A stretch of DNA of 64,000 nucleotides from a bacterium (lineage in GTDB: Bacteria; UBA8248; JACPRG01; G963555815): the NCBI GenBank assembly GCA_965261595.1, contig CBDHDG010000006.1, forward strand, positions 1,248,001 to 1,312,000, read 5' to 3'. Under the pieces are notes generated by a model. The model ran no database searches and was not told where the DNA came from. It saw only the letters and a program-made list of their open reading frames with translations. A program made the translations under genes and the position numbers. This document shows positions 9,290-19,364 of the stretch, piece by piece. How positions within the stretch are numbered: the stretch's first letter is position 1; each line of letters opens with the position of its first letter.

Positions 9290-10732
9290 GAGCCTGTCCC
9301 ATTCATAGTTGAAGGTTGAGAAAAAGAGGTGGCGGTTCACTCCTGCCGACTCGGTTAGAATCGGGTTGGCAAACATTCAAAGAGGAGGAACCGCCATGAG
9401 TGAAGCTTACCAGATCATCGAGAAGAAAGAGACCCAAAGGTTGGCCGCCTTTGTGGCGGAGCACGGGCAGGCGTTTTTTCCTCTGGTGTCGCTGGTGGAG
9501 CAGTCCCAACTGGCGGTGGAGGACCTGATGGACGTCATGGGCCGGGCGGGCCTGGAGGCCGTGCTTTTGCTGTCGGCCAAGGGCTTGACGGGCGCGCCGC
9601 ATCCAGGCAAGCGGGGTGGCGAGGTCCGCCGGCACGGCAGCCAGGGGGGCCGGGTGACCCTGAAGGGGCGCAAGCTGAAGGTGAGAAAGCCGCGGCTTCG
9701 CCGCCGGGGCCAGGGTCGGGGCGGGGAGGTGGAGGTGCCGGCGTATGCGGCCATGCAGGCCGACCCCGGGCTGGGGGAGCGGATGCTGGATTTGCTGATG
9801 CGAGGGGTCTCGACGCGGAACTACGCGGCCGTTCTTCCCGAGCTGGCCGAGACGGTGGGGGTGTCGAAGTCGGCCGTGAGCCGGGAGAGCATCGAGGCGG
9901 CCGAGGCGAAGCTGCGGCGTCTTTGTGAGCGGCGTTTTGACGACATCGACCTCCTCATCCTCTACCTGGACGGTCTGCGCTTCGGCGCGCATCACGTCAT
10001 CGTGGCCGTTGGGGTGGACACACGGGGCCAAAAGCACGTTCTGGGCCTGAGGTCGGGCGCCACCGAGAACGCCACGGTCGTGACGGCGCTTCTTGAGGAG
10101 TTGGTGGAGCGCGGCGTGCGGCCCGGGCGGCGTCGGCTTTTTGTCATCGACGGCTCGAGGGCGCTTCGTGCGGCGATTGACCGGGTGTACGGGGACGACA
10201 ATCCGGTGCAGCGGTGCCGCAACCACAAGGTGAAGAACGTGATGGACCACCTGCCAGAGGAGTTGAAGGATCCGGTGAAGGCGACGATGAAGGCGGCCTG
10301 GCGGCTGGCGCCGAAGGAGGGGATTGCCCGTCTGCGCAAGCAGGCCCGGTGGCTTCAGATCGAGCATCCGGACGCGGCCGCCAGCCTTTTGGAGGGTCTG
10401 GAGGAGATCTTCACCGTCAACCGCTTGGCTCTTCCGCCCGGCCTTCGGCGCTGCCTGGTGAGCACGAACCTGATCGAGAGTCCCTGTTCGGGGGTGCGGA
10501 TGCGCACCCGGCGCGTCGGCCGCTGGCGGGACGGGGCGATGGTGAAAAGGTGGGCCGCTTCCGCCTTCCTCGCCACCGAGAAGAACTTCCGTCGCCTGGA
10601 CGGCTACCGGGACCTGTGGATCCTGAAGGCCGTTCTGGACGAGCCCCGCTTTGACACCCGAGAGGAGGTCGCATAAGGTGAACCACACACGGACCGCCGC
10701 CTCAAACCTTCAACTGAATTCGGGACACCCTC
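9290..10732 (+). mobile_element. IS256-family element, complete
   Basis: Imperfect IRs GAGCCTGTCCC / GGGACACCCTC. 8-bp TSD AGGTGAAG at 9282-9289 and 10733-10740. Confidence 0.9.
9396..10676 (+). CDS. IS256-family transposase
   Basis: GVSTR, LYLDG, FVIDG, QRCRNH and STNLIES motifs; RBS GGAGG. Confidence 0.92.
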   Translation: MSEAYQIIEKKETQRLAAFVAEHGQAFFPLVSLVEQSQLAVEDLMDVMGRAGLEAVLLLSAKGLTGAPHPGKRGGEVRRHGSQGGRVTLKGRKLKVRKPRLRRRGQGRGGEVEVPAYAAMQADPGLGERMLDLLMRGVSTRNYAAVLPELAETVGVSKSAVSRESIEAAEAKLRRLCERRFDDIDLLILYLDGLRFGAHHVIVAVGVDTRGQKHVLGLRSGATENATVVTALLEELVERGVRPGRRRLFVIDGSRALRAAIDRVYGDDNPVQRCRNHKVKNVMDHLPEELKDPVKATMKAAWRLAPKEGIARLRKQARWLQIEHPDAAASLLEGLEEIFTVNRLALPPGLRRCLVSTNLIESPCSGVRMRTRRVGRWRDGAMVKRWAASAFLATEKNFRRLDGYRDLWILKAVLDEPRFDTREEVA

Positions 10733-10781
10733 AGGTGAAGGCCGACACCTTCACAGTTCGGTTCAAATTTTCAAATTGGAG

Positions 10782-11768
10782 ATGATGATGATTTACGCAT
10801 TGAGGATATCCGACGACGCAGAGGTTGTAGGAAGCGTGTTCAATTCGCTGCAGGGCGGGGAAGGACGATTTGGTTGGAGTTACGTCCAGACAGCCGACCT
10901 TCGGAAGTTGCGCGAGCGGGTCAACGAACGCGGCTGGGAGTCGCTCACCGAGGAAGAGAAGGATTGCTATCAGGCTTTTCTGCTGGATCTGCAAGACGGC
11001 GACCATGTCGTTTACATAAACGTGCCCGAATGGGGCCAATGCACCTTGGCCACAGTGGCGGGGGAATACGAATGGCGGTTCGAAAACGATGACTTCAATC
11101 ACCGGTTCCCGGTGGATCCGCAGTCGGTCAGAACGTTCAAGCGAAAGGCCGACATCGTCGCGGCGGCGCTTAGCCGGCGGCTGAGCCTGCAAGGCAGATG
11201 GTGGAGGGTTTACGCAGAGCAGGAATTCGATCGGTTGCTCGAATCGTTACGCGAGGGCGTCGTACCTGGAGAGCGAACCGCCGAGACAAATGTCAAGGAA
11301 CTGGCGCAGCAACTCCGGCCAAAGCTTATAGAGATTGCAGGGACAATTCAGCACACGCACCCCGGTAAGGATCTCGAAGCACTGATGGAGCGAGTGTTCC
11401 GAAACGTGCCGGGCGTGAGGGAAGTGAGGCGGCAGCAAGGAAGAGCGGATCACGGGGCCGATCTTGTGGTGGAAATGGAATACAGAACGATACCTGGTCT
11501 GGTGGAAGCGAGGACGTTGGTGGTGCAAGTCAAGTCCTTTTGGAACGAGCTCGTGAAAACGAAGGCAGTTAAAGATATAAGGCGAGCATTCGAGCACCAT
11601 AGCGACGCGGATATGGGATTGATAGTTTCGACTGCGAAACGTGCCGATGAGGACTTTGAACGCGCGCTGGAGAAACTGCAGGAAGAAATCAAGAAACCCG
11701 TATCCTTGCTGATCGGGGCGGATCTGGCAGCGTTTGTCTTGCGCTATGGAGAGGCGCTTTTGGAGTAA
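10782..11768 (+). CDS. Mrr-like restriction endonuclease domain protein
   Basis: C-terminal LEAL...DHGADLVV...VVQVKS (D...QxK) Mrr_cat motif. N-terminal domain not identified. Confidence 0.7.
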   Translation: MMMIYALRISDDAEVVGSVFNSLQGGEGRFGWSYVQTADLRKLRERVNERGWESLTEEEKDCYQAFLLDLQDGDHVVYINVPEWGQCTLATVAGEYEWRFENDDFNHRFPVDPQSVRTFKRKADIVAAALSRRLSLQGRWWRVYAEQEFDRLLESLREGVVPGERTAETNVKELAQQLRPKLIEIAGTIQHTHPGKDLEALMERVFRNVPGVREVRRQQGRADHGADLVVEMEYRTIPGLVEARTLVVQVKSFWNELVKTKAVKDIRRAFEHHSDADMGLIVSTAKRADEDFERALEKLQEEIKKPVSLLIGADLAAFVLRYGEALLE

Positions 11769-11863
11769 ACGGGGAGGCGATCAGGACGACCTATACGCAC
11801 GCACAGGGCGTAAGAAAAAGATGGCCTCAAGTTGGTAAATTTGAGGCTACAGCCAGTCCGATG

Positions 11864-11982
11864 TCAATAGGCGAAGTCGATTCTCGGTCATCGCCTCCGC
11901 AATGATGCTTCCCACCTTTTCCGCCGCTTCGACAAGATGCCCGTCAGCGAGGTGGGCGTAACCCGCCGTGGTCTGGTGCCGC
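11864..11982 (-). pseudogene. Tyrosine integrase C-terminal remnant
   Basis: Minus-strand translation RHQTTAGYAHLADGHLVEAAEKVGSIIAEAM; cut off by the IS21 left end. Confidence 0.65.
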
Positions 11983-12109
11983 TGTAAACGGCGGTGTAAA
12001 ACTGTCCCACTGAGGCGGTCGGACATTCTGGCCGCGGCGGTCTAAAGATGGACCGCTCTTTGGTCTTCCTTCAGGTTGTGCAGGATACGACCTGAAGGGA
12101 GGCTGGAGG

Positions 12110-13609
12110 ATGTACTCAGTGGAACTGTACGCACGGGTTCGGCACGCCTGCCACGTAGAAGGGATGAGCATCCGTGAAGCGGCGCGGGCGTTTGGTTTGC
12201 ACCGGGACACGGTGCGCAAGATGCTGCGGTTTTCGATACCGCCCGGGTATCAGCGGAGTCATCCCCGGGCGAGGCCGAAGCTGGATCCGTTTACGGGTGT
12301 GATCGACCACATCGTGGAGGGGGACCGGAAGTGTGTGAGGAGACAGCGTCACACAGCCAAGCGGATCTTCGAGAGGCTGCGCGATGAGCACGGTTTCACG
12401 GGCGGTTACAGCATCGTGAAGGACTACGTGCGGGAGCGGCGGTTGCGGTCCCAGGAGATGTTCGTTCCCCTGGTCCACCCACCCGGCCATGGCCAGGCGG
12501 ATTTTGGCGAGGCCCTGGCGGAGATTGCCGGGGTGGAGGGGAAGGTATCGTTTTTCACCTTCGATTTGCCCCACAGCGACATGGGTTTCGTGAAGGCCTA
12601 TCCTGCGGAGAGGACCGAATCCTTCTGCGACGGTCATAACGCGGCCTTCGCCTTCATCGGCGGTGTCTCCCACAGCATTCTCTACGACAACACCAAGCTT
12701 GCGGTGGCGCGCATCCTGGGCGCTGGGAAGCGTCAGCGCACCCGGGCCTTTAGTGAGTTGCAGTCCCACTACCTGTTCAAAGAACGTTTTGGCCGTCTGG
12801 GCAAGCCGAATGACAAGGGGAAGGTCGAGAACCTAGTGGGCTATGTCCGGCGGAACTTTTTCGTTCCCATCCCGCGCTTTGAGAGCTTCGAGGCCCTCAA
12901 TGCCCACCTGGAGGAGCAGTGCCGGAAGCGGTGGGGAGCCCGCCTGCGTGGGCACAGAGAGAGCATCGGCGAGCGCTTTGAGCGGGACCGGCAGGTCCTT
13001 TTGCCGTTGCCGCCGGTGCCGTACGACGCCTGTGAGAAGAGCGGTACGCGGGTGAGCTCTCTGTCTTTGGTGCGCTACCGGGGCAACGACTACTCGGTTC
13101 CCGTGGCTTACGGCCACCGTGAGGTGCTGGTTCGGGGCTACGTGCACGAGGTGGTCATCACCTGCGGGACGGAGGAGATTGCCCGTCACCGGCGCTCCTA
13201 CGAGTGGGAGGACCTGGTCTTCAACCCGCTGCATTACCTGGCGCTGATTGAGAAGAAGATCGGTGCACTGGATCAGGCGACGCCCCTGGCCGGGTGGGAG
13301 TTGCCCGAGGCATTCGGCACGCTGCGCAGGCTGCTTGAAGCGCGCATGGGCAAGGCCGGCAAGCGGGAGTACGTCCAGGTCCTGCGGCTGCTCGAGACGT
13401 TCGGGTTGGAGGAAGTTGACGCCGGGGTCCGGGATGCCCTGCGGCTGGGAACCATCGGCTTCGATGCGGTCAAACACCTGATGCTGTGCCGCATCGAGCG
13501 CAGGCCTGCCCGGCTGAACCTGGAGCTCTATCCCTATCTGCCGCGCGCCCGGGTTGGGACAACCTCCGCCCGGGCCTACCTGGACCTGCTCACGGGGGTG
13601 CGGCCGTGA
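12110..13609 (+). CDS. istA: IS21 transposase IstA
   Basis: N-terminal HTH; GQADFG, ILYDN and KGKVEN DDE motifs. Confidence 0.92.
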   Translation: MYSVELYARVRHACHVEGMSIREAARAFGLHRDTVRKMLRFSIPPGYQRSHPRARPKLDPFTGVIDHIVEGDRKCVRRQRHTAKRIFERLRDEHGFTGGYSIVKDYVRERRLRSQEMFVPLVHPPGHGQADFGEALAEIAGVEGKVSFFTFDLPHSDMGFVKAYPAERTESFCDGHNAAFAFIGGVSHSILYDNTKLAVARILGAGKRQRTRAFSELQSHYLFKERFGRLGKPNDKGKVENLVGYVRRNFFVPIPRFESFEALNAHLEEQCRKRWGARLRGHRESIGERFERDRQVLLPLPPVPYDACEKSGTRVSSLSLVRYRGNDYSVPVAYGHREVLVRGYVHEVVITCGTEEIARHRRSYEWEDLVFNPLHYLALIEKKIGALDQATPLAGWELPEAFGTLRRLLEARMGKAGKREYVQVLRLLETFGLEEVDAGVRDALRLGTIGFDAVKHLMLCRIERRPARLNLELYPYLPRARVGTTSARAYLDLLTGVRP

Positions 13610-14397
13610 AGGAGACTCCCCAGGTGCTCCTGGCCCATCACCTCAAGGCGCTCAAGCTGCCCACCTTCGGGAGGGAATACGACAAGGTCGCCCGGCAGTG
13701 CGCCACCGAGGGGGTCGACCCCGTGCGTTTTTTGATGCGCCTGTCCGAGCTGGAGCTGATTGACCGGGAGCGCCGGATGGTGGAGCGGCGAATCAAGGCG
13801 GCGCGCTTCCCGGCGGTCAAGAGCCTGGAGCGCTTCGACTTCCTGGCTCTGCCCTCCCTCAACAAGACGCTGGTTGTGGAACTGGCGAGGTGTGAGTACA
13901 TCGAACGGCGCGAGAACGTGATTGCCCTGGGCAACAGCGGCACAGGCAAGACCCACATCGCTCTGGGTCTCGGGCTTACGGCGTGTCAGAAGGGGTTGTC
14001 CGTCGGCTTCACAACCGCCGCCGCGCTGGTCAACGGGTTGCTCGAAGCGCGTGACGAAAGGCGTCTGCTGCGCCTTCAGAAGCAACGGGCCGCCTACAAG
14101 CTTCTGATCATCGATGAACTGGGCTTCGTGCCCCTGTCCAAGACCGGCGCCGAACTGCTGTTCGAGGTCTTCAGCCAGCGCTATGAGCGCGGCTCTATCC
14201 TGGGGACGAGCAACCTGCCGTTCGACGAGTGGACCGAGATCTTCGGCTCCGAGCGGCTGACCGGCGCCCTGCTCGACCGCCTGACGCATCACGTCCACAT
14301 CCTGGAGATGAACGGCGAAAGCTATCGGCTCAGGCAAAGTAGGAAACGGCGCTCAAACAAACAAGCAAAGCCTCAAGACTCCGTCCCAATGGAGTGA
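13606..14397 (+). CDS. istB: IS21 helper ATPase IstB
   Basis: GNSGTGKT, LLIIDELG, LLDRLTHH; GTGA overlap with istA. Confidence 0.92.
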   Translation: MKETPQVLLAHHLKALKLPTFGREYDKVARQCATEGVDPVRFLMRLSELELIDRERRMVERRIKAARFPAVKSLERFDFLALPSLNKTLVVELARCEYIERRENVIALGNSGTGKTHIALGLGLTACQKGLSVGFTTAAALVNGLLEARDERRLLRLQKQRAAYKLLIIDELGFVPLSKTGAELLFEVFSQRYERGSILGTSNLPFDEWTEIFGSERLTGALLDRLTHHVHILEMNGESYRLRQSRKRRSNKQAKPQDSVPME

Positions 14398-14494
14398 GGC
14401 CACAACCCAGGAAGGGGGCCCATGGGCCCCCTTCTTCACACACCAGGTGGGACACTTGCCGCCACGCCGGTACACTTTTACTCCGCCCTTGACA

Positions 14495-15255
14495 AGCGGG
14501 CCGTGATGGGCTCCAACAACTTTCGCCACCCATCGGCGCTGTGAACGTTGCCCGGACGCAACATCGCCCCCTCGCAGTCCCCAAACGGGTTGAAGCAGAA
14601 TAAGGGATGGTAGCAGAGGGAACCGAAGTGACCGTTATAGGCAGTCCCTTCCTGCTGTCCGTGCACCCGGCTTTCCGAGCTATCCATGTCCAGGATGACC
14701 CGCTGATGCGGCGTGCGGCTCATGGCCCGCTCTACCCATTCCGCGTTCAGTTGCCTCAGCCTGCTCAGGTTCTCCTCGCTGCAGAGAACTTCAGTCTCGA
14801 ACCGGCTCCATGTGTTGGTACTGGCCGCCTGCTTCTCAAGTGCCCGCCGGCCAACTACGGCTTGCCTGGCAGGGTCTCTCGCCAATCGCTCGGCATCGTT
14901 GGTGTCCTCGTACCCGGCCAGGCGACTATAGACTGACTGGCGCAATAGCGGCACCAACTCATGCTGGACGTTCCGGTCATGACGGATCTCTTGCAAGTGG
15001 GCTGGCGCTCTCACCGTCAAACCCAGCGCATCATCCAACTCCCGGCAGGCCAGCAATCCTGCATCTGAAGTGATTCTGGCTCCGTGAAAGGCAAGCCTCA
15101 GCCCGCGGTTACAATGGACCCTCAATGCCGTCTTTTTCGCTTCACCCATAGGGTTCCCCCGCGAGAACGTGGCAGGGGGAAGCCAATACGCTGATTTTAC
15201 AAGAGAAAGCGCCTTTCGGTCTGTCGAATCTTATGATCCAAATGGGAAATGCGGG
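14495..15255 (-). mobile_element. IS1380-family element, 5' half only, truncated by IS21
   Basis: End CCCGCATTTCCCAT. ORF 15149-14478 has ITSDAGL and LDMDSS, diverged from the full copies. Confidence 0.85.
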
Positions 15256-15312
15256 TCCTATTCGTTCACCGCCGAGACCGGAACCTCCGGCGGGAGTCTA
15301 GTTCCGTGGCCG

Positions 15313-15600
15313 TTACTGCCGAACGTCTCGGGTGTATCTGCAATCGGGCCAATTCGTGCATCCTAGGAAGGGGCCGTACTTGCCGCTCCTGCGTTGCAGC
15401 CAGCCGTCGCAGTCCGGGCATCCCTCCATGGCCGACCGCAGTCGCAGCAACGGAACACGCCCTTCGCCTTGACGGGCAATCCCGTCCCGCACAAGCAGGG
15501 CAGGAGGATTGCCTGTGCCCGCAATTGGGCCAGTTCGATCAGCCGTAGAAGGCGCTCCCATCCCGGGCATTCTCGCGTCGCTCAAGCCGTCCCTTGACGC
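15313..15600 (-). pseudogene. C-terminal remnant with topoisomerase C4 zinc-ribbon repeat(s)
   Basis: GCPDCDGWLQRRSGKYGPFLGCTNWPDCRYT; upstream part is frameshifted or missing. Confidence 0.55.
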
Positions 15601-15674
15601 ATGCCGGACAGGCGACATCGCTTTCCGGTGATCGCCCGAAGACGGTGACATCGTACCCAGAGCTGGACCCTTAC

Positions 15675-15870
15675 CGGCTTAGGGATCTCACCGTTCAGCG
15701 CCCCAACTAAGTCTGGGTGGTCGACATCTGTTCTCTCCCGATGACCAAGGGGTTCATGTACTTGAGTTATCCCGTTTTGATGGAAAGGTTATGGTTGTCG
15801 CCCCCGCCCTGAGGTGGGCGACAGCCCGTGGACGTGAGTTTTCCCCAGAATCGGTAGATTTAGGATACCC
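15675..15870. mobile_element. Decayed IS3 core fragment plus IS3 right-end remnant
   Basis: LRDLTVQRPN*VWVVDICSLPMTKGFMYL, then GAGTTATCCCGTTTTGATGGAAAG similar to the IR at 52259. Confidence 0.55.
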
Positions 15871-16081
15871 CCGTCCGAACCACGGGCAGCCCGCGGTGGC
15901 CGAGGGGGTCGAATTCCCACCCACCGAAACATTCACCGCAACGACAACTCACCGCCGCAATTTTCCGACGCGCTCTGCGCCGCGAAGAGGCCGAGCCGGG
16001 CCGTGAGCGGGGCGGCGGACGGATGTCCCGGGGAGGACATCTCCGCCTCTCTCAACCACCGGCCCGTAAGGAGACGGAATC

Positions 16082-16399
16082 ATGCGCACGGTCCAGACCC
16101 ATCCCGGCAACGCAAGCACCTTCCTCACCCACCTGTTCGGCCAAGGTCTCGATGACGACCGCTACGTGGTCGAGCGCTTCCAGTCAATGGCTGACGGCGA
16201 CATCCGGCCCCTGCGCACCGGGGGACCAAGGACCAAGGGCCGGCGCAAGGCGCCGGGGACGGTCGCGTCCCGGCAGGCGGTCCGGAAGATGCGGCCCGTG
16301 CGGGACGAGATCATCATTGCAACCGGAATCAACCTCCGGAACTCCGGGGTCCAGTACTGGGGCTGTAATGTTATCTGGCGGAATATGTTGCAGCGATGA
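16082..16399 (+). CDS. Hypothetical protein (copy 1)
   Basis: RBS AAGGAG; identical protein at 24000-24317. Confidence 0.4.
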   Translation: MRTVQTHPGNASTFLTHLFGQGLDDDRYVVERFQSMADGDIRPLRTGGPRTKGRRKAPGTVASRQAVRKMRPVRDEIIIATGINLRNSGVQYWGCNVIWRNMLQR

Positions 16400-16887
16400 C
16401 AGATTCTTCTGACTGCTATGGAAGAAGTCCGGATCGCCGCAACATAACCTTTTGCAATCATAGGGATTTCAGGAAGGCGAACCGAGCGCAATCGGGTCCC
16501 GGCAATCTTTACAACGCAAGCGGTCTGGTACTGCATTCCGTGCGATGGTGAAGATATCGCCACCCCCGAGCGAGCGGTGCCGCCTGGTATGCCTTGATGG
16601 TGTCCGGTTGTGTGAACAGTTCTTTGGACATAGTCGCGTCTCCCTGTTGGTGGAGGCACGATTACGTGCACAGGTGCCGAAAAATTATGTTGCATGAATT
16701 CTACTCAACCTCCTGCTGGACAGAAGGAATTTTCATCGATGCAACATATGGGCTGGATGGCAACGGGATTGTTCTGCGACCGCAAGCAGAAGCACTGATT
16801 GACGTTCTCTGTCAGGACGTCCTGCCGGCCCGGCGCCGGCCGGGCGTCCGTCGTCCCGATTCCAGCCCCGATGGGAGGCGTCCACAG

Positions 16888-17697
16888 GTGTCCTACAAGA
16901 ACCCCGACAAGGCCCGCGAGCATGACCGGGAACGCTACCGCCGGCTCACCAAAGAGCGCCTCGCCCAAGGCCTGTGCCCCAAATGCGGAAGAGAGCCCCT
17001 TCCTCCCGACTGTAGTCTGTGCCGCTCCTGCGGCGAGAAGCGGCGCAAGGCCGAGCGCGCCCGGTACGCCAAGGGCAAGGCCGCCGGCAGGCTCTACGGA
17101 GGCCGGGATCCCAAGGACTGCCGCAGGCTCGGGCGGGAGAGAAGCAGGAAGCGCCTCCGGGCATGCCGGGCCGCCGGCCTGTGCACGCGATGCGGGAACC
17201 GTCCTCCCGTCCCGGGCGGGGCGACCTGCCGGGCTTGCCGTGACGCCCGGCAAGCGGCCGAACAAGAGCAGTATGCCGCCCGCAGGGCCGAGGGACGGTG
17301 CGGCAGGTGCGGAAGACATGCCCTTGACCGCGCCTCGCGCTGCGGTCCCTGCGCGGCTCTCGAGGCCGGGCGCCATCCACGGAAGAACGCGGCCAGCCGA
17401 AGGCGCTACGCCCATAGGCGTGCGAGGTGGCGTTGCACGGACTGTGGCGAACCCTCTCAGGGAGCGGCGCGGTGCGTGCCGTGCGCGCACCGGTCCTGGG
17501 TGCGGTCGGGCTGGCATCGGGGCCTTCCGATCCTTCCGCCTCGCTACACCGTGATCGAGGTCGCCACGGGCGAGGACCACGGGATCTGGGACAGCTGGGA
17601 GGAGGTGGCCATGTGTCTGGCCTTCGCGCGGCTGTCCCACCAACAGGTGGAGATTATTTCGGATACGTCACCGATGGCGTCTTTTACGGGGCAGTGA
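16888..17697 (+). CDS. Arg-rich protein with four tandem CxxC...CxxC zinc-finger-like repeats (copy 1)
   Basis: GTG start with GGAGG RBS. CPKC/CRSC, CTRC/CRAC, CGRC/CGPC, CTDC/CVPC. Confidence 0.7.
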   Translation: MSYKNPDKAREHDRERYRRLTKERLAQGLCPKCGREPLPPDCSLCRSCGEKRRKAERARYAKGKAAGRLYGGRDPKDCRRLGRERSRKRLRACRAAGLCTRCGNRPPVPGGATCRACRDARQAAEQEQYAARRAEGRCGRCGRHALDRASRCGPCAALEAGRHPRKNAASRRRYAHRRARWRCTDCGEPSQGAARCVPCAHRSWVRSGWHRGLPILPPRYTVIEVATGEDHGIWDSWEEVAMCLAFARLSHQQVEIISDTSPMASFTGQ

Positions 17698-17810
17698 CCT
17701 CTATGCGCCGGCTCGCCGGGGGTACGTACTGCCGACCTGCCGCCCGCCAGCGGGGGGACCATCACCCGCGCCCCCCGGCGCACCGTCGACCCCTCAAGGG
17801 AGGCCCGCAC

Positions 17811-17993
17811 ATGACCGCGCACACCCTGCCGAAGAACCCCTACTACGCCTTCTCCCCGGCCTACGACCTCGACAACGATCTACAGCAGATCAGAATCGTT
17901 ATCCACGACATGAGCGGCTACATTCCCACCACCCTGGCCGCACGGTCCATGCGCGCCGAGAACGGCACACCGGATAGCAAGACCGTGCAGTGA
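17811..17993 (+). CDS. Small hypothetical protein (copy 2 at 25773-25955)
   Basis: RBS GGGAGG before MTAHTLPKNPYYAFSP; conserved in both repeat copies. Confidence 0.4.
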   Translation: MTAHTLPKNPYYAFSPAYDLDNDLQQIRIVIHDMSGYIPTTLAARSMRAENGTPDSKTVQ

Positions 17994-18035
17994 GCCGACT
18001 GCATTGCTGCGCAGCCGGCCTGACGTCATCCGGCC

Positions 18036-18302
18036 TCAACCCCGCCGCGCGAGCCACCACCACGCGATCCACACCGGAAGGCTCAAGACCATCGCGTAGT
18101 CGGCGATGACGATTGGGCCAAGCAGTCCCGCCATCAGCGACGCCGTCGACATCAGCAGCATCGATAGCCACATTCGGGGCTCCACCTCCGGCTCCGCCTC
18201 CGGCGCGAAGCGCACCGCCGCCGTCGTGACCACTCCGGCGGGCAGCCACAGGAGCGCCAGCAGCCAGAAGCCGCGCCGCTTGATGAATCCCTGGTCGTCC
18301 AT
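18036..18302 (-). CDS. Small membrane protein (copy 2 at 25998-26264)
   Basis: Hydrophobic segments FWLLALLWLPAGVV and MAGLLGPIVIA...VWIAWWWL. Confidence 0.45.
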   Translation of the reverse strand: MDDQGFIKRRGFWLLALLWLPAGVVTTAAVRFAPEAEPEVEPRMWLSMLLMSTASLMAGLLGPIVIADYAMVLSLPVWIAWWWLARRG

Positions 18303-18564
18303 GCGCCTTATCCGACTCGAAACTCGCACCGCGCGCAAGCCCGAGCGGGTCCGTGTTCGACGACAGCCGGGCGAGGGCGAAGACCGCGCAAGGTCGGCGA
18401 GCGGCTGCCGGCGTCCGTCGCGCCCTCTGAGCTCGCCCCGGGTCCCGTCACCGTCCTTCGAGTCAGAGGGAAGCAAGGGCCGGGCAAACGCCCGGCAGGG
18501 AAGAGGGAGACGGTCTCCCGGTCCCGATGCCGGGAACTGCAATCCCGGAACAGGAGGCCAGCCC

Positions 18565-18705
18565 ATGCTCGACCGTGACCTCGACCTCGAACTCCCCACA
18601 GGTGACGAACTGCTCGCCGAGATCGGCCTCGATTCCCACACCATCCGCAGGATCCTCACCGAAGCGGTCCATGCCGACACCGGCGAAGGAGAGGCGCTTT
18701 CATAG
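18565..18705 (+). CDS. Small acidic protein upstream of ssb (copy 2 at 26527-26667)
   Basis: RBS AGGAG; frame is kept despite several substitutions between the copies. Confidence 0.5.
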   Translation: MLDRDLDLELPTGDELLAEIGLDSHTIRRILTEAVHADTGEGEALS

Positions 18706-19065
18706 GGTGAACCGAAGGGGCCGGAGAGAGAGGCTCTCCCCCCTTTTCCGTCACCCGTTGTCTTCCACACCCACACGCAGAAGGAGAACCGTCATGGCAT
18801 TCGGTTTCCGCATGTGGCCCAACCCTACACCGCTCACTGTCCTGTAACATGCTCATATTGAATGTGTTTTAAAGATATTGCCTCGGACAGCGGATACAGC
18901 GTTTCCACGGAGTCAACACTATGCCAACACGGCGCTTCGACCATAGACAGGCGATGGCCTGACGCCGATTGTCGATAGTTATTCGGGAAAACCGCCGTAG
19001 CGGACGAATCCCGCAGATTGTGGAGCGAAAACCCATACCCGAGGTCCGCGGCGGTTGACGGAAGT

Positions 19066-19353
19066 CTATGCGGCGACGATTCGTTCGACTTTGATCTTCT
19101 GTTCCAAATCACGCGAGCGGGCAAGGTCGAAGGCCAACTGCATGCTGAGCCACGTCTCGGGGGTTGAGCCGAACGCCTTCGATAGCCGGTAGGCCATCTC
19201 GATCGAAACGGACGCTTTTTCGTTGACCAGATTGGAAAGTGTCTGACGCCCGACGCCGAGCCGTTTCGCGGCCTCCGAAATCGACAAACCCAAGGGTTTC
19301 AGGCAGTCTTCGCGCACGATGGCGCCGGGATGCACGGGGTTTTTCATGGCCAT
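19066..19353 (-). CDS. higA: HigA family antitoxin
   Basis: MKNPVHPGAIVRED, HTH, SIEMAYRLSKAFGSTPETWL. Confidence 0.9.
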   Translation of the reverse strand: MAMKNPVHPGAIVREDCLKPLGLSISEAAKRLGVGRQTLSNLVNEKASVSIEMAYRLSKAFGSTPETWLSMQLAFDLARSRDLEQKIKVERIVAA

Positions 19354-19364
19354 CTCACGACCTC

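Larger units (their letters stand above)
11983..14494 (+). mobile_element. IS21-family element (istA-istB)
   Basis: Ends TGTAAACGGCGGTGTAAA... and ...TTTTACTCCGCCCTTGACA. No TSD; the two flanks belong to unrelated genes. Confidence 0.9.
15800..18804 (+). repeat. About 3.0-kb direct repeat, copy 1 (leading-region segment, broken at the ssb start)
   Basis: Near-identical to 23717-26765. Offset is 7917 at the left and 7962 after an indel of about 45 bp. Confidence 0.95.

Noticed and set aside
9303..10688. Long antisense ORFs over transposases (also 41866-43161, 50512-51807, 55524-56819, 13576-14337)
   Set aside because: Shadow ORFs caused by high-GC codon bias on the opposite strand.
16594..16887. 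98-aa N-terminal extension of the zinc-finger ORF
   Set aside because: The region looks regulatory (hairpins, AT-richer), and a good RBS supports the GTG at 16888.
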